This document shows, piece after piece, positions 30,504-39,358 of a DNA stretch of 64,000 nt; the stretch's first letter is position 1; the number at the start of each line of letters is the position of its first letter. Made by a program: the position numbers and the translations under genes. The notes under the pieces are model-generated. The model searched no databases, had not been told where the DNA came from, and saw only the letters and a list, made by a program, of their open reading frames with translations. Source of the DNA: an uncultured Poribacteria bacterium (lineage in GTDB: Bacteria; Poribacteria; WGA-4E; WGA-3G); assembly GCA_951813565.1 (NCBI GenBank), contig OX638351.1, positions 1,376,001 through 1,440,000 of the forward strand, given 5' to 3'.

Positions 30504-31961
30504 GGGTGTGTAAAGTTTTTGGCATGAAATTGAAATGAATGGAGTTCTTGTAGAAAATGTATATAACTGGTATCCTACCCTAATAATTATCACACTATTA
30601 TAGGAGAGGATACCAATGCCAAGTATATCATTAAGTCCTTGTGAAGGCAACGATTACAAAGCAGATTTTAACGAGTTTGTAAAAGAGATCAACGATCTTT
30701 ATGTAGACATCAATTCTGACGAGGGTTTATCTTTAGGTGATGTTGAAGTCCGTGTTTCCGAAGCATTTTGTTCTTTTAAACAAAAGTTTTTAGAAATGTG
30801 TGTTTCTAAAAAGTCAAATAAGAAAGAGCGTGAACCAGTTGAATGTCCAGCGTGTCAAGAACTTTGTCGTCCATTGCGTATGCGTGCGCGTTATTTCACA
30901 ACACTTTGTGGAAAAACAAGCGTAAATCGTTGGGTGTATTGTTGTGAACAAGGACATCGTCACGCGCCGTGGGAGGTCAAACAGAAGTTATTGGGTCAAT
31001 ACACGCGTCGTGTTGCTGAAGCGATGTGTCGTCTGTCTGCCCTTCTTGACTATAGAGAAGCGGCATCGGAGTTGTCGCATCAAGGTATAGAAGTCAGCCA
31101 CACGACGCTCCAACACAAAGTGAGTGAATGGTCAGAAGATTTGAGCGTCTGTGAACAAGTGGCACCTCAAAAACTCGCAGAAAATCAGCGTTGGTATGTA
31201 AGTTGTGATGGATGCTACACCAACTCTACTGATGGATGGCAAGAGACAAAAGTCGGTTGTGTTTACAGAGATTATCCACAATGTGGTTCTGATGCGGTGT
31301 CAAGTGCGAGAGAGACAAGTATCCGTTATGTTGCAACGCGTAATGATGCAGCACATTTTGGTAAGGAGTTATATGCGTTAGCAACCAATAGTGGCATCTA
31401 CCAAGAAGCGATAGATACGCAAGAGATTGTGTTTCTTGGTGATGGTGCAGCGTGGATATGGAACTTAGCAGATGAATACTTTCCCAATGCTGTTGAGATT
31501 GTGGATTACAAGCACGCGAAATCTCATCTGTCCGATGTTGCTAAAGTTGCGTTCGGAGAGACTGAAACAGAGGCGATACAAGACTGGGTAAAAAGGACAG
31601 AACCTATCCTTTATGATGGCAACATTACAGAAGTAGCCGCACGCATTCGTGGCTTAGACACACAGACCCCGGAAGTATCGGATATTTTAGAAAGAGAAGC
31701 GCGGTATTTCGAAAAACACGCGAAGCGAATGCAGTATAAAGCGTTTAGAGAAAAAGGGTATCAGATTGGCAGTGGTGTGATTGAAAGTGCGTGTAAACAT
31801 GTTGTCGGACAAAGAGGCAAACAAGCTGCTATGAGATGGGAGAAACCGGGTATCAATGCTGTGCTGAAGTGGAGGTGTTTGTTGAAAAATGAAGCATGGA
31901 ATAATTATTGGTATACAAACACAAAAGCAGCGTGATATTCATGCCAAAAACTTTACACACC
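30504..31961 (+). mobile_element. ISKra4-family element, copy 1
   Basis: TIR GGGTGTGTAAAGTTTTTGGCATGAA; right end one C shorter than copy 2. Confidence 0.9.
30616..31935 (+). CDS. ISKra4/UPF0236-type DDE transposase
   Basis: SCDG, FLGDGAAWIW, D..H, IGSGVIESACK. Confidence 0.9.
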   Translation: MPSISLSPCEGNDYKADFNEFVKEINDLYVDINSDEGLSLGDVEVRVSEAFCSFKQKFLEMCVSKKSNKKEREPVECPACQELCRPLRMRARYFTTLCGKTSVNRWVYCCEQGHRHAPWEVKQKLLGQYTRRVAEAMCRLSALLDYREAASELSHQGIEVSHTTLQHKVSEWSEDLSVCEQVAPQKLAENQRWYVSCDGCYTNSTDGWQETKVGCVYRDYPQCGSDAVSSARETSIRYVATRNDAAHFGKELYALATNSGIYQEAIDTQEIVFLGDGAAWIWNLADEYFPNAVEIVDYKHAKSHLSDVAKVAFGETETEAIQDWVKRTEPILYDGNITEVAARIRGLDTQTPEVSDILEREARYFEKHAKRMQYKAFREKGYQIGSGVIESACKHVVGQRGKQAAMRWEKPGINAVLKWRCLLKNEAWNNYWYTNTKAA

Positions 31962-33420
31962 GGGTGTGTAAAGTTTTTGGCATGAAATTGAAATGAATGG
32001 AGTTCTTGTAGAAAATGTATATAACTGGTATCCTACCCTAATAATTATCACACTATTATAGGAGAGGATACCAATGCCAAGTATATCATTAAGTCCTTGT
32101 GAAGGCAACGATTACAAAGCAGATTTTAACGAGTTTGTAAAAGAGATCAACGATCTTTATGTAGACATCAATTCTGACGAGGGTTTATCTTTAGGTGATG
32201 TTGAAGTCCGTGTTTCCGAAGCATTTTGTTCTTTTAAACAAAAGTTTTTAGAAATGTGTGTTTCTAAAAAGTCAAATAAGAAAGAGCGTGAACCAGTTGA
32301 ATGTCCAGCGTGTCAAGAACTTTGTCGTCCATTGCGTATGCGTGCGCGTTATTTCACAACACTTTGTGGAAAAACAAGCGTAAATCGTTGGGTGTATTGT
32401 TGTGAACAAGGACATCGTCACGCGCCGTGGGAGGTCAAACAGAAGTTATTGGGTCAATACACGCGTCGTGTTGCTGAAGCGATGTGTCGTCTGTCTGCCC
32501 TTCTTGACTATAGAGAAGCGGCATCGGAGTTGTCGCATCAAGGTATAGAAGTCAGCCACACGACGCTCCAACACAAAGTGAGTGAATGGTCAGAAGATTT
32601 GAGCGTCTGTGAACAAGTGGCACCTCAAAAACTCGCAGAAAATGAGCGATGGCATGTGAGTTGTGATGGGTGTCATACCAACTCCCCTGATGGGTGGAAA
32701 GAGACAAAAGTTGGTTGTGTTTACAGAGATTATCCACAATGTGGTTCTGATGCGGTGTCAAGTGCGAGAGAGACAAGTATCCGTTATGTCGCAACGCGTA
32801 ATGATGCGGCACATTTTGGTAAGGAGTTATATGCGTTAGCAACCAATAGTGGCATCTACCAAGAAGCGATAGATACGCAAGAGATTGTGTTTCTTGGTGA
32901 TGGTGCAGCGTGGATATGGAACTTAGCGGATGAATACTTCCCCAATGCTGTAGAGATTGTGGATTATATGCATGCGAAGTCTCATCTATATGATGTTGCT
33001 AAAGTTGCGTTCGGAGAGACTGAAACAGAGGCGATACAAGACTGGGTAAAAACGACAGAACCTATCCTTTATGATGGCAACATTACAGAAGTAGCCGCAC
33101 GCATTCGTGGCTTAGACACACAGACCCCGGAAGTATCGGATATTTTAGAAAGAGAAGCGCGGTATTTCGAAAAACACGCGAAGCGAATGCAGTATAAAGC
33201 GTTTAGAGAAAAAGGGTATCAGATTGGCAGTGGTGTGATTGAAAGTGCGTGTAAACATGTTGTCGGACAAAGAGGCAAACAAGCTGCTATGAGATGGGAG
33301 AAACCGGGTATCAATGCTGTGCTGAAGTGGAGGTGTTTGTTGAAAAATGAAGCATGGAATAATTATTGGTATACAAACACAAAAGCAGCGTGATATTCAT
33401 GCCAAAAACTTTACACACCC
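31962..33420 (+). mobile_element. ISKra4-family element, copy 2
   Basis: Same TIRs; abuts copy 1; followed by an extra TTACACACCC. Confidence 0.9.
32074..33393 (+). CDS. ISKra4/UPF0236-type DDE transposase
   Basis: Near-identical to 30616-31935. Confidence 0.9.
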   Translation: MPSISLSPCEGNDYKADFNEFVKEINDLYVDINSDEGLSLGDVEVRVSEAFCSFKQKFLEMCVSKKSNKKEREPVECPACQELCRPLRMRARYFTTLCGKTSVNRWVYCCEQGHRHAPWEVKQKLLGQYTRRVAEAMCRLSALLDYREAASELSHQGIEVSHTTLQHKVSEWSEDLSVCEQVAPQKLAENERWHVSCDGCHTNSPDGWKETKVGCVYRDYPQCGSDAVSSARETSIRYVATRNDAAHFGKELYALATNSGIYQEAIDTQEIVFLGDGAAWIWNLADEYFPNAVEIVDYMHAKSHLYDVAKVAFGETETEAIQDWVKTTEPILYDGNITEVAARIRGLDTQTPEVSDILEREARYFEKHAKRMQYKAFREKGYQIGSGVIESACKHVVGQRGKQAAMRWEKPGINAVLKWRCLLKNEAWNNYWYTNTKAA

Positions 33421-33483
33421 TTACACACCCTTTTCCTTGACAACAATTTGTTATATTGATACAATGTGTTATGCTGTTGACTT

Positions 33484-33780
33484 ATACCATTTCTAAATAA
33501 TAACTTCTCATTAACAAAAACGCGTTCGTAGTCGCGCAATTCATTGCCAAATCAACGCCAAGCGCACTTGGGCGAATACGCCAAATCAACGGTATGAATC
33601 ATGGCGAATGCCGGACGGGGAATGCCAAAAGGCATTCGGACCGTTGATTTGGCGCATTCGTCTTTAGGCACTCCCCGTGTGGTATTCGCCATGACTTGTC
33701 GCCTCGGACATTCTTTCTTCTGTTGATATTCCATTAAATTACAATATGTTAAATGGGACATTGTATTTTTGAATTGGTAT
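33484..33780. repeat. MITE-like composite containing a REP interrupted by a palindromic insert
   Basis: ATACCATTTCTAAATA / TATTTTTGAATTGGTAT imperfect TIRs; left part homologous to about 9695-9760. Confidence 0.6.
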
Positions 33781-33810
33781 TATTTTTAACCCTTTACTTT
33801 TTGTATCGCT

Positions 33811-34830
33811 TTGATAAAAACAGAATCGCAGTTAGAATTATATTTATCGGAACCAACAACTGATGTGATATCGGCAATCGCTTCTTTAGAAGGGGATATC
33901 CTTATTCTCGGTGTTGGTGGGAAAATGGGACCGTCGCTTGCGAAACTGGCAAAACGTGCTATTGATTGTGCGGGCGTCGTTAAAAAGGTTATCGGTGTAT
34001 CCCGTTTTTCAACCGCTGGTATACAGGAATCCCTGCATAAAGTCGGTATTGAAACAATTATCGCGGACCTACTTTCGGAAAACAACCTGCAAAACCTACC
34101 GGAAATTCAAAATGTGATTTTTATGGCAGGCAGGAAGTTCGGTTCAACCGGGAACGAGGATTTAACTTGGGCATTGAACACCTACATGCCAGGACGGATT
34201 GCAGAAAAGTTTCGAGATTCTCGATTGGTTGTTTTTTCAACAGGCAATGTCTATCCGTTGACACCTATTTCACATGGCGGTGCGACAGAAAGTTCCACCG
34301 TTGCGCCAATAGGTGAATATGCCCAATCATGTCTTGGCAGAGAGCGGGTATGTTGTTATTTCTCCTCACAATTCGGAACACCGATGGTGATTCTCCGATT
34401 GAATTATGCAATTGAACTCCGATATGGAATATTACTTGATATAGCAGAAAAAGTTTACACCGGAGAACCTATATCTCTTGAGATGGGAAATGTGAATGTA
34501 ATATGGCAAAGGGATGCAAACGCTATAGCATTGCATTCTTTTACACACTGTCAAAGTCCACCTTTGATCTTAAACGTGACGGGGCCGGAAACTGTTTCTA
34601 TTCGATATTTAGCGATGTGTTTCGGTGGAATTTTCAATAAACCTGTCCATTTTGAGGGCGAGGAAGCAGAAACAGCACTGCTGAGCAATGCTTCGCTATG
34701 TCATCAGTTATTTGGGTATCCGTGTGTGTCTTTAGGTCAAATGATTGAGTGGGTGGCAGAATGGGTTCGGATAGGTGGGGCAATACTGCAAAAACCGACC
34801 CATTTTGAGGTGCGCGATGGTAAATTTTGA
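33811..34830 (+). CDS. NAD-dependent epimerase/dehydratase
   Basis: LGVGGKMG, FSTGNVY, EYAQSCLGRE. Confidence 0.88.
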   Translation: MIKTESQLELYLSEPTTDVISAIASLEGDILILGVGGKMGPSLAKLAKRAIDCAGVVKKVIGVSRFSTAGIQESLHKVGIETIIADLLSENNLQNLPEIQNVIFMAGRKFGSTGNEDLTWALNTYMPGRIAEKFRDSRLVVFSTGNVYPLTPISHGGATESSTVAPIGEYAQSCLGRERVCCYFSSQFGTPMVILRLNYAIELRYGILLDIAEKVYTGEPISLEMGNVNVIWQRDANAIALHSFTHCQSPPLILNVTGPETVSIRYLAMCFGGIFNKPVHFEGEEAETALLSNASLCHQLFGYPCVSLGQMIEWVAEWVRIGGAILQKPTHFEVRDGKF

Positions 34831-34837
34831 CATACAA

Positions 34838-35824
34838 ATGCAAAATAAAGTATTGACAAAAAATGCGAATTCAATTAGTATAGCAAGTGTATTTTTTCTG
34901 ATGTTGGCACTCTTATTTAGAATAGATAGCGCATTCAGCCAACCACATTCTGTGCCGATTGCATTTGCTTCGGATATCAACGGAGACTGGGAGATCTATC
35001 TAACAGATTCCGTTGGAAAGTTGCCTGTGAATCTTACGCTCAATCCTGGAGCGGATTACTATCCAACATGGTCACCAGATGGCACAGAAATTGCTTTTTT
35101 CTCACGGCGCGATGCCAACCACGAAATATATGTGATGCGCGCTGATGGTACGCATCAGAGAAGGTTGACATACCACCCAGCAACAGATAAAGCACCTTCA
35201 TGGGCACCGGATGGCGAACGTTTGGCTTTTAGCTCAAATCGCACAGGTCATTTCAATATCTATCTTTTAGCGTTAGAGAGTGGTGTGGTGGAAAATCTGA
35301 CTGCAAACGTTTTTGAGGATGAAGTGCCGACTTGGTCTCCAGATGGAAAAAGTTTAGTTTTCCATTCAAAACGTCAGTTAAACTGGGACATCTATACTAT
35401 CAATGTTAACACCCGTGAGGAACAACGATTAACACATCAGCCATTGATGGACACCTATCCAGCGTGGTCTCCAGATGAAAAACGTATTGTATATTCTTCT
35501 ATGCGACAAGACGTTGATCAAGCAGACTTTGACCTTTACCTAATGGACGCTGCAGACGGTGGGAACAAAAAACCTCTTACTGATACACCAACAGATGAAG
35601 CGGTTCCAGCGTGGTCACCAGATGGTAGTTTAATCGCTTTTCAGTATGAGGAAGATGGGAGATGGGTAATTCATCTAATGAATGCAGACGGCAGCGGCCG
35701 TCGCGAACTGATTGACAACGGTGCTTGGGCAACACAGCCAAAATGGAAACTTAGTTCCACTATACTACCGATAGAACCGTTACTTCTACAATATCAGCAA
35801 TGGGGTAACCTTAAGACTCCATAG
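34838..35824 (+). CDS. TolB-like PD40 beta-propeller protein
   Basis: Five P.W(S/A)PD repeats; signal peptide; WGNLK tail. Confidence 0.88.
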   Translation: MQNKVLTKNANSISIASVFFLMLALLFRIDSAFSQPHSVPIAFASDINGDWEIYLTDSVGKLPVNLTLNPGADYYPTWSPDGTEIAFFSRRDANHEIYVMRADGTHQRRLTYHPATDKAPSWAPDGERLAFSSNRTGHFNIYLLALESGVVENLTANVFEDEVPTWSPDGKSLVFHSKRQLNWDIYTINVNTREEQRLTHQPLMDTYPAWSPDEKRIVYSSMRQDVDQADFDLYLMDAADGGNKKPLTDTPTDEAVPAWSPDGSLIAFQYEEDGRWVIHLMNADGSGRRELIDNGAWATQPKWKLSSTILPIEPLLLQYQQWGNLKTP

Positions 35825-35899
35825 GTTCCGTCAAATATAGGTGACGGGAAATAAAATGCGCAATATCTGCGTTTAATTTAACAACAAAAAGGAGATGTT

Positions 35900-36553
35900 T
35901 TGATGTTTTACAAAATATTAGTTTTGAGTATATTATTTTTAGCGGGTTTCCTACTCGTAAACGGCATCAGTTATAGTTATGACCGTGCCATTGAAGCAGA
36001 AATGGCTGACACTATTGAAACCCCAATGGTAATTGCCGAAGATGCAGATGCATCAGACGAACTGTATATTTGGATGGAAGGTGAACCTTTAACTGGTGGT
36101 GGTGATCAAGGTTGGGCAGAATACATAATCGATATACCAGAAGCAGGCACCTATGCGTTGTGGGCTCATGTTTTTGTGTGGGATGGCAACAGCGACTCGT
36201 TTTGGGTAACGTGGCAACCCGCTGATCCTGACGAAAATGCGCAGGAAACAAAAAATACCGAGTACCGATGGAGTATCGGCACAAAAAATGCATGGCACTG
36301 GGATCGTATCAATCATTGGTTAGATGGTGGCACCTTTGATCGCGAATGGGAACTACCAGCAGGAGAAACAACCCTACGTATTGCTGTTCGAGAGGATGGA
36401 GCAAAATTAGATGTTATCTTTATCACCGACAATCTCTCGGCAGATGAGGCGGATGTCAATCCGCGTTTTCCTGGTCCAGAAGATAACGTAACTCCCGTTG
36501 AACCGCGAGATAAACTAACAACAACATGGGGTAAAATTAAAGCGCAAAGATAG
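35900..36553 (+). CDS. Secreted beta-sandwich (CBM-like) protein with TTWGKIK tail
   Basis: Signal peptide; EAE, G.Y.LW, DSFWV, REDG.KLD motifs. Confidence 0.75.
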   Translation: MMFYKILVLSILFLAGFLLVNGISYSYDRAIEAEMADTIETPMVIAEDADASDELYIWMEGEPLTGGGDQGWAEYIIDIPEAGTYALWAHVFVWDGNSDSFWVTWQPADPDENAQETKNTEYRWSIGTKNAWHWDRINHWLDGGTFDREWELPAGETTLRIAVREDGAKLDVIFITDNLSADEADVNPRFPGPEDNVTPVEPRDKLTTTWGKIKAQR

Positions 36554-36647
36554 GGCTTTGCAAAACACAGTTTAAGGGAAAAACCTCACCTATGTTTAGG
36601 TTGAGATAATCAAACCGATTATCTCAACATCTTTTCCCTACATATAT

Positions 36648-36791
36648 TATAGTGAAATCTAAAAATAACTGGACATTTTATTAAGGTTAGCGGCGCTTGT
36701 AGTCGCGCAATTCATTGCGCCTCGGACATTTATGGTGTGTTTGAAATCCGCATAAGAACAAAATGTCCAAATAATTATGGGTTTCACTATA
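36648..36791. mobile_element. IS630-type MITE carrying the GCGCAATTCATTGCGC REP
   Basis: TATAGTGAAATCT...GGGTTTCACTATA termini. Confidence 0.72.
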
Positions 36792-36809
36792 AACAGAAAG
36801 GAGTTTTTG

Positions 36810-37484
36810 ATGAAATACGGTATTCTTTTTTCAACATTTATAGTTACAGTATTTTTACTAACATCTTTGGGGCTTGACGCTGAAGTTGAAATTGCACTTG
36901 AAGCAGAATTAGCAAATGTACTCCAGGCACCAATGGTTATTGCAGATGACGAACTGGCATCTGATGGGAAATACGTCTGGATGGAAGGTGCTCCCTTGAC
37001 GGGCGGCGGGGACCAAGGTTGGGTAGAATTCATTATCAACATTCCTGAAAGCGGGAAGTATGCACTATGGGCCCATACTTTCGCGTGGGATGGTAACAGC
37101 GATTCGTTCTGGGTGACGTGGCAACCCGCTGATCCAAACGAAAACGCGCAAGTAACAAAAAATACCCAGTACCGATGGAGTATCGGCACAAAAAATATAT
37201 GGCACTGGGATCGCATCAATCATTGGTTAGATGGTGGAACCTTTGATAGAGAATGGAAGTTTGATAAAGCCGGTGAAACGATTTTGCGCATAGCAGTCCG
37301 TGAAGATGCTACAAAATTAGATGCAGTTTTTGTTACCTCAAACACGGGCGCCGCTGCAGCAGGACAGGCAAACCTCCGACTTCCAACAGACGAGGATAGA
37401 GAGATACAGGTTGAAGGACTTGCTGTTGATGCAAAAGGGAAAGTGACAACCACCTGGGGTTCACTGAAAAAGGCGTATAACTAA
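36810..37484 (+). CDS. Secreted paralog of 35900-36553 with TTWGSLK tail
   Basis: Shared core WDGNSDSFWVTWQPADP...WDRINHWLDGGTFDREW; SD AAGGAG. Confidence 0.78.
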   Translation: MKYGILFSTFIVTVFLLTSLGLDAEVEIALEAELANVLQAPMVIADDELASDGKYVWMEGAPLTGGGDQGWVEFIINIPESGKYALWAHTFAWDGNSDSFWVTWQPADPNENAQVTKNTQYRWSIGTKNIWHWDRINHWLDGGTFDREWKFDKAGETILRIAVREDATKLDAVFVTSNTGAAAAGQANLRLPTDEDREIQVEGLAVDAKGKVTTTWGSLKKAYN

Positions 37485-37893
37485 AAGAAAATGGATCATC
37501 CGATAGTCTTGTTCTATGAAGTGAAAGACCTTGTCCTATGGACTCTAAGTTTGGAGATACTTGATTGAGGAAAAAGGCTTTATGAGTCTTTTTCCTTATG
37601 AAGCGATTGTTTAGAAAAAAATAGGAATGTTCACGGTAGTAATGAATGTTCCATTGGTCAAATCCGCGTTCAAATTGAATGATACGTTCGGGAGGGCCGA
37701 GTTGGAACTGCAAATTTTCTGCAGCCTGCCTATCATGCTTAACAAGCGTGTACGTTAAATATACGAAACCCGAAAGAATTCCGGCAAGGGCAAGTTTTCC
37801 TCTAAGTTTAACCGAAAGACCCTCCGCAGGTAAACTCAAATTCCAGATTAAAAGCGTAATAAGAATAAGACAAAGCGTTTTTTTTATATTCAT
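37333..37893 (-). CDS. Hypothetical membrane/secreted protein (3' end uncertain)
   Basis: Signal-like N-terminus plus a TM segment; overlaps the convergent gene. Confidence 0.45.
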   Translation of the reverse strand: MNIKKTLCLILITLLIWNLSLPAEGLSVKLRGKLALAGILSGFVYLTYTLVKHDRQAAENLQFQLGPPERIIQFERGFDQWNIHYYREHSYFFLNNRFIRKKTHKAFFLNQVSPNLESIGQGLSLHRTRLSDDPFSFSYTPFSVNPRWLSLSLLHQQQVLQPVSLYPRLLEVGGLPVLLQRRPCLR

Positions 37894-37935
37894 ACTAAAA
37901 ATTTGGCAAAAATTTAGCGTTTTTGTGTGTTAAAC

Positions 37936-38115
37936 TTGACAAAAAGAGATTTTGTGAGTATCCTAATAAGAATAAAGAAGACCCGCTAAGAAATGGAGAC
38001 TGTAAGCATTCACCCATTAATCAAAGAACATGATTGATGTTTACAAACTTTCGGATGCGTACAGTGGTATTAGGTTAAAATATCCATCAACATTTATTAG
38101 CGAATAACTTGGAGC
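37936..38115 (+). promoter_or_regulatory. nadA promoter and structured 5' leader
   Basis: TTGACA-N17-TATCCT, then four helices across 37984-38102. Confidence 0.6.
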
Positions 38116-38124
38116 GTGATTAGC

Positions 38125-39243
38125 ATGCATCCTACGGGAAAAACTCCCCCAGTAGAAAACGCGCTGAATGGTAGTAAGGAACTGACGTTTGAAGAAGTTA
38201 AAAACGAGTTATATAATCGACACCACCCGAGTTTAACATCTCTTGATATAGAGGTACATGCCAAAACCGTACATAAGATAAGAACGTTGAAGCGAAAGCA
38301 TAATGTTGTGATGTTAGGTCATAACTACATGGAACCGTTGGTTTTCGGACTGTCCGATAAAGATGAACAGGGTGACTCACTAGGACTGAGTATGTTCGCT
38401 GCGAAAACGGAGGCACAGTATCTCATTTTTAACGGTGTGCCGTTCATGGCAGAAACGGCTAAAATCCTGAGTCCAAACAAAACAGTATTAGTAGCAGACA
38501 AAACAGCAGGGTGTTCACTTGCCGATAACTTCGGTGCTGAAGATGTTCGGAAATTGAAAGAACTTTACCCTGGTGCCCCCGTTATGATTTATGTTAATAG
38601 TTACGCTGATGCTAAAGCGGAATCCGATATCTGTTGTACGTCTGCGAACGCTGCACACATCGCTAAATCCATGCCCGGAGATACGCTAATTTTCGTCCCT
38701 GATATCTTCTTCGCACAGAATTTAGAGGAAGAGTTGAAGGAAGAAAAAAATGTTGTCTATCCCGGTAAAGATAATACAGCACGCGGTGCGGTTTGTGAAG
38801 TACACGAAAAATTTACACTCTCCGATCTACTTGCGATACGTGAATCTTTTGAAATTCCGAAAGGGCATCCGAAACGTAAATTATATGCACATTGGGAATG
38901 TCGACCAAATGTCCTAAAGGAAGCCGATTTCTACGGTAGCACCAGCCAAATAATGAAGGATATAGCAGCACGTGTAGAAGATAACCATTTAGAACGGGCA
39001 TTTGTTGCTTCAGAATGTGAATTAACCTCCAATTTGGCACAAGAATTTCCAAAAGTTCAATTCTGGACAGCGTGTTCTGTCCGATGCTCACACATGGCGA
39101 AAGTCCGCTTGGACAAAATTGTGAATATCTTAGAAGCAATTGACAGCGGTGAAGACCTCGCCGAATATGAAGTTACGCTGGACCCAGCAGTAATTGACAA
39201 AGCACGTTTGCCAATTGAACGTATGCTTGAAGCGAGCGTATAG
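38125..39243 (+). CDS. nadA: Quinolinate synthase
   Basis: GHNY, GDSL, FMAETAKIL, AGCSLA, YVNS, CCTSANA, CEVH, AHWEC, C.HM. Confidence 0.95.
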   Translation: MHPTGKTPPVENALNGSKELTFEEVKNELYNRHHPSLTSLDIEVHAKTVHKIRTLKRKHNVVMLGHNYMEPLVFGLSDKDEQGDSLGLSMFAAKTEAQYLIFNGVPFMAETAKILSPNKTVLVADKTAGCSLADNFGAEDVRKLKELYPGAPVMIYVNSYADAKAESDICCTSANAAHIAKSMPGDTLIFVPDIFFAQNLEEELKEEKNVVYPGKDNTARGAVCEVHEKFTLSDLLAIRESFEIPKGHPKRKLYAHWECRPNVLKEADFYGSTSQIMKDIAARVEDNHLERAFVASECELTSNLAQEFPKVQFWTACSVRCSHMAKVRLDKIVNILEAIDSGEDLAEYEVTLDPAVIDKARLPIERMLEASV

Positions 39244-39278
39244 AAACAAAATCGGTTTATAGTAAAATTTGACTCTTG

Positions 39279-39312
39279 GTAGGCGCGGTTTCAAACCGCG
39301 CCTACTTTTTTT
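39279..39312 (+). terminator. GTAG REP hairpin acting as probable terminator
   Basis: GTAGGCGCGGTTT-C-AAACCGCGCCTAC followed by a T-run. Confidence 0.7.
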
Positions 39313-39358
39313 GAGGGGAAATAGCGAGGAAATAAACTGCAGGTCTGCAATCTATGTT

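Noticed and set aside
33552..33761. 69-aa ORF over the palindromic insert
   Set aside because: Lies in repeat DNA and has no protein-like motif.
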